A DNA stretch of 64,000 nucleotides. Source: Octopus sinensis. Taxonomy: Eukaryota. The DNA is taken from contig NC_042998.1 in NCBI RefSeq assembly GCF_006345805.1, forward strand, positions 113,026,001-113,090,000, given 5' to 3'. The translations under genes and the position numbers were made by a program. The notes beneath the pieces are model-generated. The model saw only the letters and a list, made by a program, of their open reading frames with translations. It ran no database searches and was not told the DNA's origin. The number at the start of each line of letters is the position of its first letter. The stretch's first letter is position 1. This document shows positions 12,420 through 25,329 of the stretch, piece by piece.

Positions 12420-12467
12420 CAACATACCAAAACTATTTATGTTCTTCATTATATATAAAGAAAATCA

Positions 12468-12660
12468 AGGTGGTGAGCAGGCAGAATCGTTAGCACGCCG
12501 GACGAAATGCTTAGCCGTATTTCGTCCGTCGCTATGTTCTGAGTTCAAATTCCACCGAGATCGACTTTGCCTTTCATCCTTTCGAGACACTGGGGTTGAT
12601 ATAATCGATTAGTCCCCTACCCCCGAATTTCAGGCCTTGTGCCTTCAGTAGAAAAGATTA
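12468..12660 (+). mobile_element. tRNA-derived SINE family A, partial monomer
   Basis: Head ggtggtgagcaggcagaatcgttagc..gttctgagttcaaattccacc (A/B-box-like), then gtcgactttgcctttcatcc; homologous to 12822-13219 reversed. Confidence 0.85.
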
Positions 12661-12821
12661 TAAATGAAAAAGATTGCCATAGCAATTCACGAAATTTAGA
12701 AAACCACCTTATATACGTACAATTTCGAAAGCCATTTTGCTGGGTTTAGTTCTGAATGGTAGTGAAGCTGAAACAAAAAAATCTTAAATCAGACAAAGTA
12801 GTAGCAGTAGTAGTAAATATT

Positions 12822-13219
12822 CTTTTCTAGTCTAGATACAAGGCCCGAAATTTTGGGGGAGGAGGCCAGTCGATTAGCTCGATCTCAGTACACAACTGGT
12901 ACTTAATTTATCGACCCCGAAAGGATGAAAGGCAAAGTCGACCTCGGCGGAATTTGAACTCAGAACGTAAAGATAGACGAAATACCCATTTCTTTACTAC
13001 CCACAAGGGGCTAAACACAGAGGAGACAAACAAGGACAGACAGACGGGTTAAGTCAATTATATCAACCCCAGTGCGTAACTGGTACTTAATTTATCAACC
13101 CCGAAAGGATGAAAGGCAAAGTCGACCTCGGCGGAATTTGAACTCAGAACGTAACGGCAGACGAAATGCTGCTTGGCATTTCACCCGGCGTACTAACGTT
13201 TCTGCCAGCTCACCGCCTT
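12822..13219 (-). mobile_element. tRNA-derived SINE family A, full-length dimeric copy with 16-bp TSD
   Basis: Two internal repeats of ctggtacttaatttatcgaccccgaaaggatgaaaggcaaagtcgacctcggcggaatttgaactcagaacgtaa. Flanked by a perfect agtagtagtaaatatt at 12806-12821 and 13220-13235. Confidence 0.92.
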
Positions 13220-13296
13220 AGTAGTAGTAAATATTGAAGCAAGCAAGCACCACAGATACAGCTCCCATAAATAGTAATATTTACGAAAATTACCGA

Positions 13297-15997
13297 CAGC
13301 GCTGCCAAAGGTTTTTTTCAAAACGTACAGAATCTGATCAAAACGTACAGAATCTTACTGAAGCCCCCAAATACAGACAAAACGAACTTTTTATACATTT
13401 TTTTTTATTTGGAAAACGTTTATTGAAACGTTGAATGTTTGGATATCAAAAAGAAAAATCATTTTCGTGAGGAGGTTCTCTGTTGTACCAATTGTTTTTC
13501 AAATAATGTTTTACAAAGTTGTTCATCCGGCTCCCACGTCGTACAATCGATATTTCGTAACAAAGTTTTTGACCTCATAAGAGCTTTAAGCGTAGAAGTT
13601 TTCAAGCAATTTCAATTTTTAGTTTTGATATTGTGGAAAACAGAGAAAATTCTTTCTGACGATGCAGAGGAGTGTGGTAAAGAATGAAGACTGAGTATGA
13701 AGGATGACAACAGTGGATAGCGGTACTCATCACCACATTTCTCTTGTGAAACAGCAAACCAAAATTTTTCTGGATCATTATACGGGATAAAAGAACAACT
13801 TTGAACCGTCAAGTGGCGCCATTTCTGAATAATTTCTTCGAAATCTTTTTCATCACAAAGACTTGAGAATCGCATGATAAGTGATATAATTGACCTTGGC
13901 CTTCCTTTAATTATGTTGGTTGGGTCCAACGCCTCTAGTAATCCCAAATTGTCCTGCATATCGCAAGACGAAAACCGCACGAGCATTTGATTTGAAAAAC
14001 TAACAAAGAATCACAGTATATTCTGTCGGAAAGTCAACAATTCATCAGAGGCAATGGTGGTAGCATTTTCGTATAAAATTCTTTCAGCTGCAGCACCAAA
14101 GTAGATACAATCTAATGGTTAGTGTGTCGTTGCATCGTTGACATTAATTTCACACACATTGATAACAGAAAGTAAGTCAGGTCTGATGAAAATGCTCAAA
14201 ATTCCCTCCATTCCAGCGTTGATGGCTCTTTTAAGCTTATGCATCCGATAGCCTTCAGCCTGGAATTCCTGATTAAGTTTGTTAACGTTGTTTAAAATGA
14301 AAGAGAGAAATGCTAAATACATATTTGTGAGAGGATTCTTCATTTCAGTGAGAATGCGTCGAGCCGTAATCGGAGACCCACCTCTAATGTTGCTTGTGTG
14401 AAATATGCCAGCAGTGTTGGCCACTGCTCTAAAATGCGCTGCACATCTTGCTTGAGAGACAGCCATCTAGTGCAACTTGCATGCAGGATTTTGTGAGGAT
14501 CAATTAAAGCTATTTTCTACACATCTTTGAATTCACTGATACACTTAGAACTGTGACTAAAGTGTGCATAAATACTTCGTGTCAATTCTTCGACAGAATT
14601 CGGCAATTCATTGCACGCGTTTGGTGAACATAAGTTTAAAGAATGACAAACACAGGCTTGCACAAAAAGATCTAGCCTATTCTGCTTTAACACATTGTTT
14701 GCGTCCCATCATAACATTTGCATTATCACAGGTGAAACCTATCAAAATTTCTAGAGAAATAGCGTGTTCGTTTAAAAATGATAGAAGACAGTTGTGTATA
14801 CCCGTAGCACTGCAAGCCTGTATTTCTATAAGTGTAAGAAAATCGTCGACTGTCTTTTGAATTTCAACGTCATAAAATCTGCAAACCAGGACAAGTTGTT
14901 TTAGTGTTGAAACATCAGTTGTTTAATTAATAACGAGTGAGAATTTTGATGAATGAAGCTTTTTTTAATAAAGCGTTGAAGCCGTAGGGGCCAAAGGCTT
15001 TAAGGAAGATGTATGTGCCTTTCGTTCGGGCACACCTTGCATCCTGGGCGATTTTAGAACCATGACAGGCGTTTGCAACAAGGCCAGGTAAGTGGTCCAA
15101 AATCGAAATTGGGAGATTATGCTCAGCAACAAATGCACAGTATTTTAATTCAGCAGCTGCTACTTTCTTGGAATGTGAAGAAAACGATGAGGCCTCGACA
15201 TAATTGGTAAACTTTTTTGCTTTATTTGCTTCATTTGCATTCTTGCGGAATTTTTCTGCCTGCTCATGTAAAATTTGGCTCAAACTACCGACAATTTCAT
15301 ACTTGCATAATATGCATTTGCCTTTAGCTGTATCGTTCTTGCCTCGCTCCAACCAACTAGAAAATTTTTCATCGCACAACAATTTTTGCGGAAGTTTCCT
15401 TTCATACGATGCCCATCTGGCCTTCTTCTTATCTGGTGCTTCACGTTCATTATCTGAGAAATGTTCTGTTTTCAAAGTTCTATCGCTCATATTTTGCTCC
15501 AGTTATAAGATTTATTTGAATTAATCAAATTATCAAACACATTACACACCGGTTAAAATCTGAGTAAAGAAATCTATGTTTGTGTTCAGACTGATACGGC
15601 GGGATTGTATAAATAAGCACTGTAATTTTTGAGTCTAATTTATCAAACTTTTAAAAAAGCAAACACGTACCTTCAGTCTGTGAGAAAACTTCTTGTGTTG
15701 TGACAGCAATGGCGTCGTAAACAGGACGTATATACGTTCACCCCAAATTACAGACGCCCTTGATCTCATTAGTCAATGCGTGCGTGCATGCAGACGCGTT
15801 TGCGAAGGCAGACCGGGCGTACTTTTATTTTTATTAAGCTCACAAACACGGATGTGTGAAAAATCAATCAATCAATGCGTTAAAACCTGAATTTTAAAAA
15901 CCAATGGCAAGATCACTAAAACGTACAACAAATTCACCTGAACGTACAGCACATCAAAATTTTGGCCACGAACGTAGTTATTGGCAGTAATTTACTG
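13297..15997 (-). mobile_element. Degenerate hAT-superfamily DNA transposon
   Basis: Minus ORFs 14927-15490 (Cys-containing N-terminus, AAAELKYCAFVAEHNLP..RCARTK), DETTD-like VSTLKQLV, DNANVMMG, and the C-terminal dimerisation motif LPHSSASSERIFS. Short TIR-like ends cagcgctgccaa / ttggcag and subterminal acgtacag repeats. Ends are approximate. Confidence 0.85.
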
Positions 15998-16289
15998 AAT
16001 GAAAAAAATATATATAGTTTTTGTTTCAGTTTTACTAATAAAAGATTTGAAATACCTGAAGGTCAATTGTATTACCTCATGTCCTCAGACATTATCATTT
16101 GTATATACAGTTTTTGGTAAACAATCATTCCCGTCGTTGTTTATACAGTAAAATGGCGACCCATGAGATAGCGGGAAGAGGTGTTAGCCACAGCGGTGGT
16201 AACAATCTAAGTATTGAACGTTCTCACAAAATGGGTGTTAAGAATTACAAATACAAAGACTTGCATTTAAGAAAAAAATTATTATTAAA

Positions 16290-16455
16290 CAAGCGCAAAC
16301 GTGGCTGTGCGGCAAGTATAGTTTGCTATCCGGCCTTATGGTCCCGGATTCAGTCCCACTACGTGACATTTTGAGCAGGTGTCTTCCACTACAGCCCCGA
16401 TTCCGACTAAAGCCTTGTGAGTAAATTTGGTAGACGGAAACTAAAAGCTCGTCGC
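16290..16455 (+). mobile_element. tRNA-derived SINE family B, 5' part
   Basis: gtggctgtgcggcaag..ggtcccggattcagtcccactacgtg..gccttgtgagtaaatttggtagacggaaac, followed by a microsatellite. Confidence 0.8.
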
Positions 16456-16515
16456 ACACACACACATGCACATATACATACACACGTATATGTATCTGGT
16501 GTGTGTGTGAGTGTG

Positions 16516-16546
<31 letters not shown>

Positions 16547-16547
16547 A

Positions 16548-16580
<33 letters not shown>

Positions 16581-16930
16581 ATGTATGTATGTATGTATGT
16601 AGGTATGTAGGTATGTATATATGTATGTATGTAGGTATGTATGTATAAAGTAATATAGGTTGCAATGAAAAGACAACTTTTGAGATATTGAACCAAAAAC
16701 AGATTATTTTCCTCAATATATTCTTCGAAAGACACACCTCATATAAAATATACAATATATAGGCACAAAAAATATATATGAAAATATATAAATATAATTA
16801 TAGAATGTAAAATATAAAATATATATTCGTATGAGATCACTTGAATCAGTTCTAAAATATAAAAAGGTCGGGCGTTAAATGTACACAGTCACTGCATTGC
16901 AAAATCATAAATATTAAAGAATATTTAATC

Positions 16931-17330
16931 AAATTCATTTCTATTCTAAGCACAAGGCCCGAAATTTTGGAGGAGTGGGGTCAGTCGATAAGATCGACCC
17001 CAGTATGCAACTGGTACTTAATTTATCGACCCCGGAAGGATGAAAGGCAAAGTCGACCTCGGCGGAATTTGAACTCAGAACGTAAAGACAGAGGAAATAC
17101 CTATTTCTTTACTACTCGCAAGGGGCTAAACACAGAGAGGACAAACAAGGACAGACAAAAGGATTAAGTCGATTACATCGACCCAGTGCGTAACTGGTAC
17201 TTAATTTATCGACCCCGAAAGGATGAAAGTCGACCTCGGCGGAATTTGAACTCAGAACGTAACGGCAGACGAAATACCGCTACGCATTTCGCCCGGCGTG
17301 CTAACGTTTCTGCCAGCTCGCCGCCTTTCT
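16931..17330 (-). mobile_element. tRNA-derived SINE family A, full-length dimeric copy with 28-bp TSD
   Basis: Same dimer as 12822-13219. Flanked by aatcataaatattaaagaatat(t/c)taatc at 16903-16930 and 17331-17358. Confidence 0.92.
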
Positions 17331-17379
17331 AATCATAAATATTAAAGAATATCTAATCTCTCAGATAATGAAAGAATTT

Positions 17380-18420
17380 TCAATAATCATGTATCATTGT
17401 ATAACACAGCACTTAAGAATAGTGGTTTCTACAAGAACATTTATTATATAAGAAATACAATATTTAAAAATAAACTAAGTAAACTTTTTCCAGGCTTAAC
17501 TAAATTAAATATTGACATTCCCTCAGTTAATGAGCCCGTTGAACAATGGATTCCTCATATACATAGGAGATATTATCAACCTTTTAGTCATAACTTTACA
17601 ATAGATTCAGTAAGAAACAGGCAGTGGGAAATAATTTGGTTCACCCCCACCTTTTTCTCTTCAAGTTAACCCATTAAGTCCCATTGTCCTATAAATAGGA
17701 CACTAAATGAGAACATTAAATAAGCTATATCACATTGTCTCAGTGTCCTATTTATAGGACACCGAGTATTTCCATTTCTACTTGGAGTAGAGGAGTTTTA
17801 ATAATTAATAATTATTTTTTTTCATTTTAACCTATTTTCAATCATCTGTAAACATTTAAAACTAATATTCAGGAATTCAAGCACTCTGGGACTTAATAGG
17901 TTAAGAATCTCCTCGAATTATTCTTTAAGAGCATTGAAAAAAACTTTCTTCTGGATCATAAATATCACCCCATCTTTAACAAATCTAGTTTAAAATTGTT
18001 ATATTCAACATCACCTTATTTAGGTTCCATTATTGCTGCTAATAATAGATTTGAACTTTAAAAAAATACTAGGGAATCCATGGAACGTAACCAGGAGAGT
18101 AATAACCTGGATTCCCCAGAATTTTGCCCGTTAAAAGGCCCATGTTTGAGAAAAAATGTAGTTTATATGTGTGAAGTAAAAAAACCCAAGAACCTCAAAA
18201 AAAAACAAGAAAATCTACATAAGGAACACAATAGACTTTAAAACTAGATATAGAGGGCATAAAAATTCTTTTACAAACCCGAACACGAAAAATTCGAAAG
18301 CACTAGCCAGACACATGAATAATTTAAAAGCGCAAAATAAACAATTTAAATTAGATTGGTCAATAATTACTCAAGCTACTCCATATAACACACACACACA
18401 CTAGAATATGTAGATTATGC
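17380..18420 (+). mobile_element. Penelope-like element remnant (RT thumb to GIY-YIG)
   Basis: Fragments YNTALKNSGF, IIWFTPTF, FFKSIEKNF..HKYHPIFNKSSLKLLYS, CPLKGPCLRKNVVY and FKTRYRGHKNSF..LDWSII match the typical PLE linker and GIY-YIG pattern. Interrupted by a MITE at 17670-17900. Confidence 0.7.
17670..17900. mobile_element. piggyBac-type MITE
   Basis: TTAA (17666-17669) + cccattaagtccca ... tgggacttaatagg + TTAA (17901-17904). Internal inverted repeats tgtcctataaataggacact / agtgtcctatttataggaca. Confidence 0.88.
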
Positions 18421-20199
18421 ACTAAAGAATCCATACTTCGTACGAGTAGAAAAATATTATTAAATAAGATTTCTGATGCTTTGATATTTTGTAAACATAG
18501 GTATGTTTCTCCATGAAAATTTTTTTTCTTTTTAAAATATAGCCAACCCATATTAAAAATTGAAACCTTAATTCCGACCTTTTATCCCCAATATGTTTTA
18601 GAATAGCCGTAAACGTATCATTTTTCTGTAAGATTTGTAATATATTTAACCTTCATTTTAGAATGTATTTTTCTGAACAAATTTTTATCTCAACATAGGA
18701 TACCTGATTCAGGTATGAAGTCTCTTGATGTTTCATAAACAATATTTTTAACTTTTTTAAACCTCCCATATAATCTCTGATGAAGGGAATGTATATATTC
18801 GAAATGGGTACAAATAGTTCACCCATTCTGAAATACCTTTCCTGAAACGGCCGTAGGATATATACGAATTTGATCTATGGATTCAAATATTCTCTTTTTT
18901 AGCTACCCATTCATCTTTTAATATTTATGATTTTGCAATGCAGTGACTGTGTACATTTAACATCCGACTTTTTTTATGTTTTAGAAGTGATTCAAGCGAC
19001 CTCATACGAAGAATACATTGAGGAAAATAATCTTTTTTTTTTTCTTTTTCGCTGTCAATATCTCGAAAGTTGCCTTTTCACTGAAACCTATATTACTTTA
19101 TATCCTTTTAGCTATATTTAATGAGCGCTAACCTTTGGTCTGTATAGGAGAGAGAGAGGGGGGAGAGGGAGAGAGAGAGAAAGAAAGAAAGAAAGAGTGA
19201 TAGTACATGCATACATATATGAGTATTTGTGCTTTTGTTCGTCTATCGACCGTTGCTTGACAATTGGTGTTGGTGTGTTATTGTCTAATTTATGGATTGG
19301 TAAATGAGACTAACAGAAAAAATCAGGCTTTAAAATTAAGTGCTGGGGTTGATTCGTTCAACTAAAATCCTCAAGACGGTGCTCCAGCATGGCCGCAGTC
19401 CAATGACTGGATGATAAAAGCCAATCAGTCTCATTTTTCAAACAAGCACTTGCAGTCCACGGCCAACACAACTAAAAAGCATAAGCGGTAAAAACAATCA
19501 AACCTGTTGTGGCCAGAAAGTTTTTTTTTTTTAAATCATCGCTCAGAACATAAACAATTGTTGTAAGAAAAATCACAACAGCAAACAAAGCATAATGCCA
19601 TTCCCTCAAACAAACAACAATGAAAAAGTCAGAGCAATGACAACAAACAATAACAAAGGCTCTTTCGATTACAACTTTTTTTCCGAAAGAAGACCGACGG
19701 GCTGGGAAAAACGTAACAAATACAAGCAAAGGGGAAGGGCATCGACCAATTTCTCTTATAGATGACAATCGAAGTCTACAAGCATTCACTGTTGAGATAC
19801 CCACATGAAGCAACGACTTTCACTGCTAACATATTCTATTCCGTGCTGCAGGAAGCCATTGGCTCACTCTGCAAACTGAATTGCCCGGTTAACGCAAATG
19901 TAAGTTAAGAAACTTCTTCCACTTATTATCTTCTTCGCATGTCAAACTGAGATTAGTTTGCGCAAATGCATGTGACGTGAGATCAATTTGGAAAAAAAAG
20001 GTAACTTGCTTAGCGATTCAAAGTCACTAGAGTTAGATATACTAATACTAATGAAACCAAAATATCTGAGATTCAGGTACGCGAACGATTAGGACGTTGT
20101 TGATAATTTCTGTCCATTAACTCTGCTATATGCAAAGTTAAAGATTTTACCAAGGAGCTAGCAAGGAAATTGCTGCTTGTCTTGCATAGTATCGTTGAG

Positions 20200-21400
20200 A
20201 ATACCCAGACCTGTGTGATCCATGAATGATCTATTCTACATCAGACGAAATAACAGAAGGTAAGTAACAAACATGGCTTCCTTGAGGTTCTAATTAATTT
20301 GGATCAATTATCATCTTTTGATCGGCCACTGCTACATGACTGAAAGCAACAATTTCACTTTTGTTTTCAGGGCTGGGTTATTTCAACGTATTGCGTCATC
20401 TGTTATTGCTTAGATTGAATAGCCTCCTCTCGGAACCGTTTTGGACCATGCGATCAGTCTGTCGAGGAAGTTCTTTCTCATCTCTTCTGTACATACTGAT
20501 TCTTGGAACCACCAGTATTAATCAATTATATCAACTGCAGTAATTGACTGACACTAAACTTTATCATCCATGACCTTGGAGGCGTTTTGATCGACGCTCA
20601 AGCGAATTTGCTAACTCATTGCTCTTCTACTTGATAAGTTCATTTTCCATTCAGTTCAAAGATGACTTTCTTTCTGAGGTGTATAGAATTAGTACCAGTC
20701 CAAAAAGGTGACGGGCGATATAATCAACTATCATCATGACAGCAGTGTTCCACGATGAACACAGTCCTATAATCGAAACGTGTAACAAAATAAATTAGTG
20801 TCTTGAGTCTATTTTGCAAACATGTTTCGTAGTTGGTCAATCTCTGAAAACCTTTCACTATTTCCCATGCTTCAGATTCATCATGAGGAACATTCCTACG
20901 TTAGATATCGAGATATCGCCGAGAACTGAAGAAAAAAGGCAGAATAGCATTATAAGTTCTCTTGAACAATCATGACATGTCACTTAAAACTGAACACAGT
21001 GTATACAAGTCAATAGTAATCCTAACTTTGTTGTTTAAGTCAAAATTTGTAGTGCATGTACAATATCTTTTGTCCACTAGAGGGTATCATCTGCAAAGAT
21101 GAAAATGTATAGAACAGCATTTCAATCGGTGCAATTTGACAAGGTTTGAAAATTTCTGAGTTCAATAGAGCAAACACTTATTCCGTACGAATGAATCCAG
21201 AAAACTTAAACAATAAACTAGATATCCTTTACTTCGACTAGAAGATATCTTCTCTGGTTCCCGAGGCTTAGAAAAACGGCTTTAGCAACCGTAACTAAAT
21301 GCCAAGACCTGGAGTACTCTCTCATTCAGTCAGAAGTCCTGATGTAATCTGTGCTTCACCAGAATCAGTAAGTTTTCGAGGCAAACGATGGATGATAACA
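20200..21400 (-). mobile_element. Highly decayed RTE-like LINE fragment
   Basis: Minus-strand IFIFADDT (YADD-type RT motif) near 21085-21105 and an RTE-like basic C-terminus. No long ORF; boundaries are approximate. Confidence 0.45.
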
Positions 21401-21866
21401 TGACACCTAGCGAATGCTATTTTCCCACATGCATGTGCAACATGTGATTTAATATCAACCTCCAAGACACTTGCCAAAAGTGCTGCACAGTGGAATTGAA
21501 CCTTGAAGCAAGTATGTGCGAAGTGAATTTCTTAACCAAGATGTTATACTTTTTGTGGTAATGTATAGGTAAATGAATTAAACAAAAGACAATATAATAC
21601 CAACATAAACAACTAAAGTAATGTTGGGTTGCCTTTCTACAATGAACTAGGTAGGAAATTCTTTCAGTGCTACATTTCTGCACAGATTAACTGCTTGAAA
21701 AAAAATCACAATCTAGATGTTCGATTATGTATATGCACAGTGTTTCCTCGTATATTTTAGAACATATATGTCTCATTTATATGACTACGATTAACAATGA
21801 GGCTTTATTATACGACCTAACCACAATGTCCATCTATTTATGAATCCCTGCATGAAAATCGGCACA

Positions 21867-22130
21867 TCTATTATATAAAATCCGTTCTGTCTGTCTGTGT
21901 GTGTGTGTCTTCCAGGATCTCGGGCATCCTCCATCCGATTGCGCTCAAATTTGATATGTAGATACCTACGGTATCAGGGCGTGTATAAGTTTTGAAAAAA
22001 TTACAAAAATCGATTCCAGGTGAGAATGCGATCGATAAAGCCTTGGGAACGTGCATTTGTACGCGCAAGTACATCAGCTGTTGCGATCGATACTACACGT
22101 ACGCGAGAAAAATGCACGTGCAGTTTGCGC
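21867..22130 (+). mobile_element. Non-autonomous Helitron-like 5' segment
   Basis: a|TCtattatataaaa followed by (tctg)n, typical of Helitron-N 5' ends, and GC-richer than the flanks. A CTAG 3' end was not located. Confidence 0.45.
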
Positions 22131-22792
22131 AAAAAAAATAATGCCACAAAATGCAGTATATTTAAGAGACCAAAAAAGTAAGATACAATAGAGATATTTT
22201 CTTCAAACTTGGCATGAAGGAAGGAAAGACTATTTGGTTTCTCAAGAATTTTTTTTTTTGCCTTAACTTCGTTTAACAAAACCAAAAATTTTATTGAAAT
22301 AAAGGCATGCTTAATTATTTTTTAATGAAAATAAAACACTGATTGCTTTTTATTCAGCAGATATGATTCAGCACCGTCCATTGGACGGGGGGGGGGGCGT
22401 TTTGTTCGTATAATATATATGTATATGCATGCGTGCGGGCGCGAGCGCGTAGGTTTCCACCAAGCTATCACTACCAATTTATCAGTTTTCCTAAATTTCG
22501 CAAGAATGAAGAATGGCTATCTCGTGAATGCAAATGACTCCGCGAGATTCAACGTCATATGACTCGTGTTTTTTTCTTTTGTTTTTTTTTTTACTACAGA
22601 CGTTATTTTTCGGCTCGACGCCGAAAATAGTTTGTTTAAATTATGTCTAATTCGCCGAGATAAATAATCCCTTGGAAAAAAATTGTCACTTGGAGAGTAT
22701 TCTTTCTCCTTTTCTTAATAGATTTTTCGAACTTAGTGATGAAAATAATTTACAATTCATCAACCTGAATAATATTAGGTTAGATGTATAAC

Positions 22793-22865
22793 ATGGAAAT
22801 GCTCCATGGAGTTGATTACCATCAGATTCTGGCTAAACGTGGTATCAAACTACTAGATACGATTG
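22793..22865 (+). CDS. TSSK: TSSK-like kinase gene B, exon 1 (MEMLHGVDYHQILAKRGIKLLDTI+G)
   Basis: ATG at 22793 and the TSSK-type N-terminal motif (IL)xKRG preceding the Gly-rich loop. It ends phase 1 at a G|GTAAG donor (22866) and joins exon 2 to give IG-RGSYSKVK. Confidence 0.85.
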
Positions 22866-22946
22866 GTAAGACGCTTTACATATTTTGTTATTTTTGTCTT
22901 TCTTCTTTTTCATTTTATAAATAAATCTATTTGCTATAAAATTGTC

Positions 22947-23032
<86 letters not shown>

Positions 23033-23754
23033 TATGTAAAGGAAACAGAAATACATATGATCGGCACAAAGGTTTCGCTCAATCGGTCCTTAGGTTGGCA
23101 GTACACATGAGCAGTTTGAGAAAGCCGTTTGAACCAAAACGTCGGTTCCGGTGAAATATGGAAGTGATCCTGTTTACTTTACAAACATTTGCTTTTGTAT
23201 TACGCAATAAACAAAATTAATACATACATATACAAACATACAATCATACATACATATATACAGACATACGTGCATACTTACAATCATACATACATACATA
23301 TGTACGTATAAAATATACATATGTATATATGTGTATATACATATATATGTAAGCGTGTTTGTGTGTGTGTGTGTGTGTGTACGTCTATATGTATGTATGT
23401 AAACTTTCAAAATATGTATGAAGAGTTCTAATGGCGAGATCCGGGGACAACCGCATACATCTGACTTCTTTTTTTCTGATAACGTTATCAAATTTATTGT
23501 AGTTCTTTGTAGTTCTCTAATAAAATCAATTGCTATTAAATGTCTGCCATAATGGTAAGCAGAACTCTGTTCAATTTGAATATATCCAAATAGTTCATGT
23601 AATTTCTCAACTGGCATTTATCCTGAAAGGATGAAAGATAAAGTCAGCCACAACGGAATTTGAACTCAGAACATGATGAACCAGAAGAAATGCGGTGGAA
23701 GCATTTTGTCCGGCATGGTAACGATTCTGCCAGTTCGCTGCCTTAATAACGATG

Positions 23755-23822
<68 letters not shown>

Positions 23823-24792
23823 TGCACGAGCAATTGGCTGATAGGTGGAAGGAGAAACCTCTGCACGGCAAATATGTGACCCGCAGCAAACAAGCTGATG
23901 TTGACCAGAAGCAAACCCATCAGTGGCTGCGGAGCTCAGGGCTAAAAGCAGAGAGCGAAGGTTTCATCCTGGCTGCTCAAGACCAAAGCCTATCAACCCG
24001 GAACTACCAGGCCAATGTGATGAAAAATGGAGCAGACCCAAAATGCCGATTCTGCAACGACATGATTGAAACAGTGGACCACCTAATCTCTGGATGTAAA
24101 GTCTTAGCACCAGTGGAGTATAAATTAAGACATGACAGAGTTGGCCAATATCTCCACTGGCTAATAAGTCGGCATTACAATATCAAAACTACCGACAAGT
24201 GGTATAATCACCACCCTGAGGCTGTAACTGAAGGAGAAAATGTAACCATTCTGTGGGACTTTCCAGTACATACAGACCGAACCATCAAGGCCAATAAACC
24301 AGATATTGTTGTGAAAGACCAAAACAATAAAGTTTGCTTATTGATCGACATGAGCATCCCCTGTGATCATAATATCTCAGCGAAAGAGTTTGACAAGCTC
24401 AGAAATATAAAGACCTACTCATTGAAATCGAGAAAATGTGGCATCTCAAGGCGGTTACAATACCAGTGATCGTAGGAGCACTAGGAATGATCAAGAAGGG
24501 AACCGAAAATTATATGAGAATTATCCCTGGCTTACCATCCCTGCAAGAAGTGCAAAAGATTGTCTTCACTGGTACATCACACGTATTGAGAAGAGCATTG
24601 TCGATGTGAGAACTGTTGCTGCTCATGCATTTTAATTTAACTTTAAAAAAAAAAAAAAAATTAAAAAAAATTAACGAACTACTGAGTTTGGTTTAATGGC
24701 CTACCAATATACACTATGAGTTTCTTTGCCCTAGGAGTCGGGAAGACACTCGGCAAGAAATGGAAGAAAATTTGAAAGAAGAAAAAAAAAAG
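23823..24792 (+). mobile_element. Young 5'-truncated R4/Dong-like RLE retrotransposon inserted in (AAT)n
   Basis: ORF GLKAESEGFILAAQDQSL, CCHC KCRFC..HLISGC, RHD, RLE KPDIVVKD..LLIDMSIP. A single 1-nt frameshift near 24400 restores KYKDL..IPVIVGALG..LRRALSM* (stop 24607-24609). (AAT)n on both sides. Confidence 0.93.
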
Positions 24793-24814
24793 TAATAATA
24801 ATAATAATAATAAC

Positions 24815-24873
<59 letters not shown>

Positions 24874-24885
24874 TAATAATAATAA

Positions 24886-25260
24886 TGGTTTCAAATTTTG
24901 GCACAATGCCAGGATCCATCTGGTACTTATTTTCTCGAGCTGGAAAAGATGAAACGCAAAATCGACCTCGACAGAATTTGAACTCAGAACGTATAGACGG
25001 ACGGAATGCCGTTAAGCATTTTGTCTGGCTAACGCCTTTACCAGCTCGCTACCTTAATAAATTATTCTTTCTACTATAAGCACAAGGCCTGAAATTTTAG
25101 GGATGGGAGCCAATCGAATACATCGACTCCAGTGCTCAACTGGTACTTAACTTATGGACCCCGAAAGGTTGATGTGTAAAGTCGAGCTCAGTAGCATTTG
25201 AAATTAATACATCAAGGTGCCCGAAGAAATGCCGCTTAGCATTTTGTCCGAATGCTATCC
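24886..25260 (-). mobile_element. Two tandem degenerate SINE family A copies (another at about 23618-23745)
   Basis: ggtttcaaattttggcacaa tail and atcgacctcgacagaatttgaactcagaacg core; second copy cacaaggcctgaaatttt..ctggtacttaac. Confidence 0.8.
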
Positions 25261-25329
25261 AATAATTATATCTGATCGGGTTTGATCGAATTTTCTTGAC
25301 TCGGTCACAATCTCGCACACCTTTCAGGA

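Noticed and set aside
22430-22620. Octamer, AP-1 and CRE half-sites upstream of gene B (and a MYB-like TAACCG upstream of gene D) as testis promoter elements
   Set aside because: These 5-8-mers are expected by chance, and I could see no motif shared among the three upstream regions.
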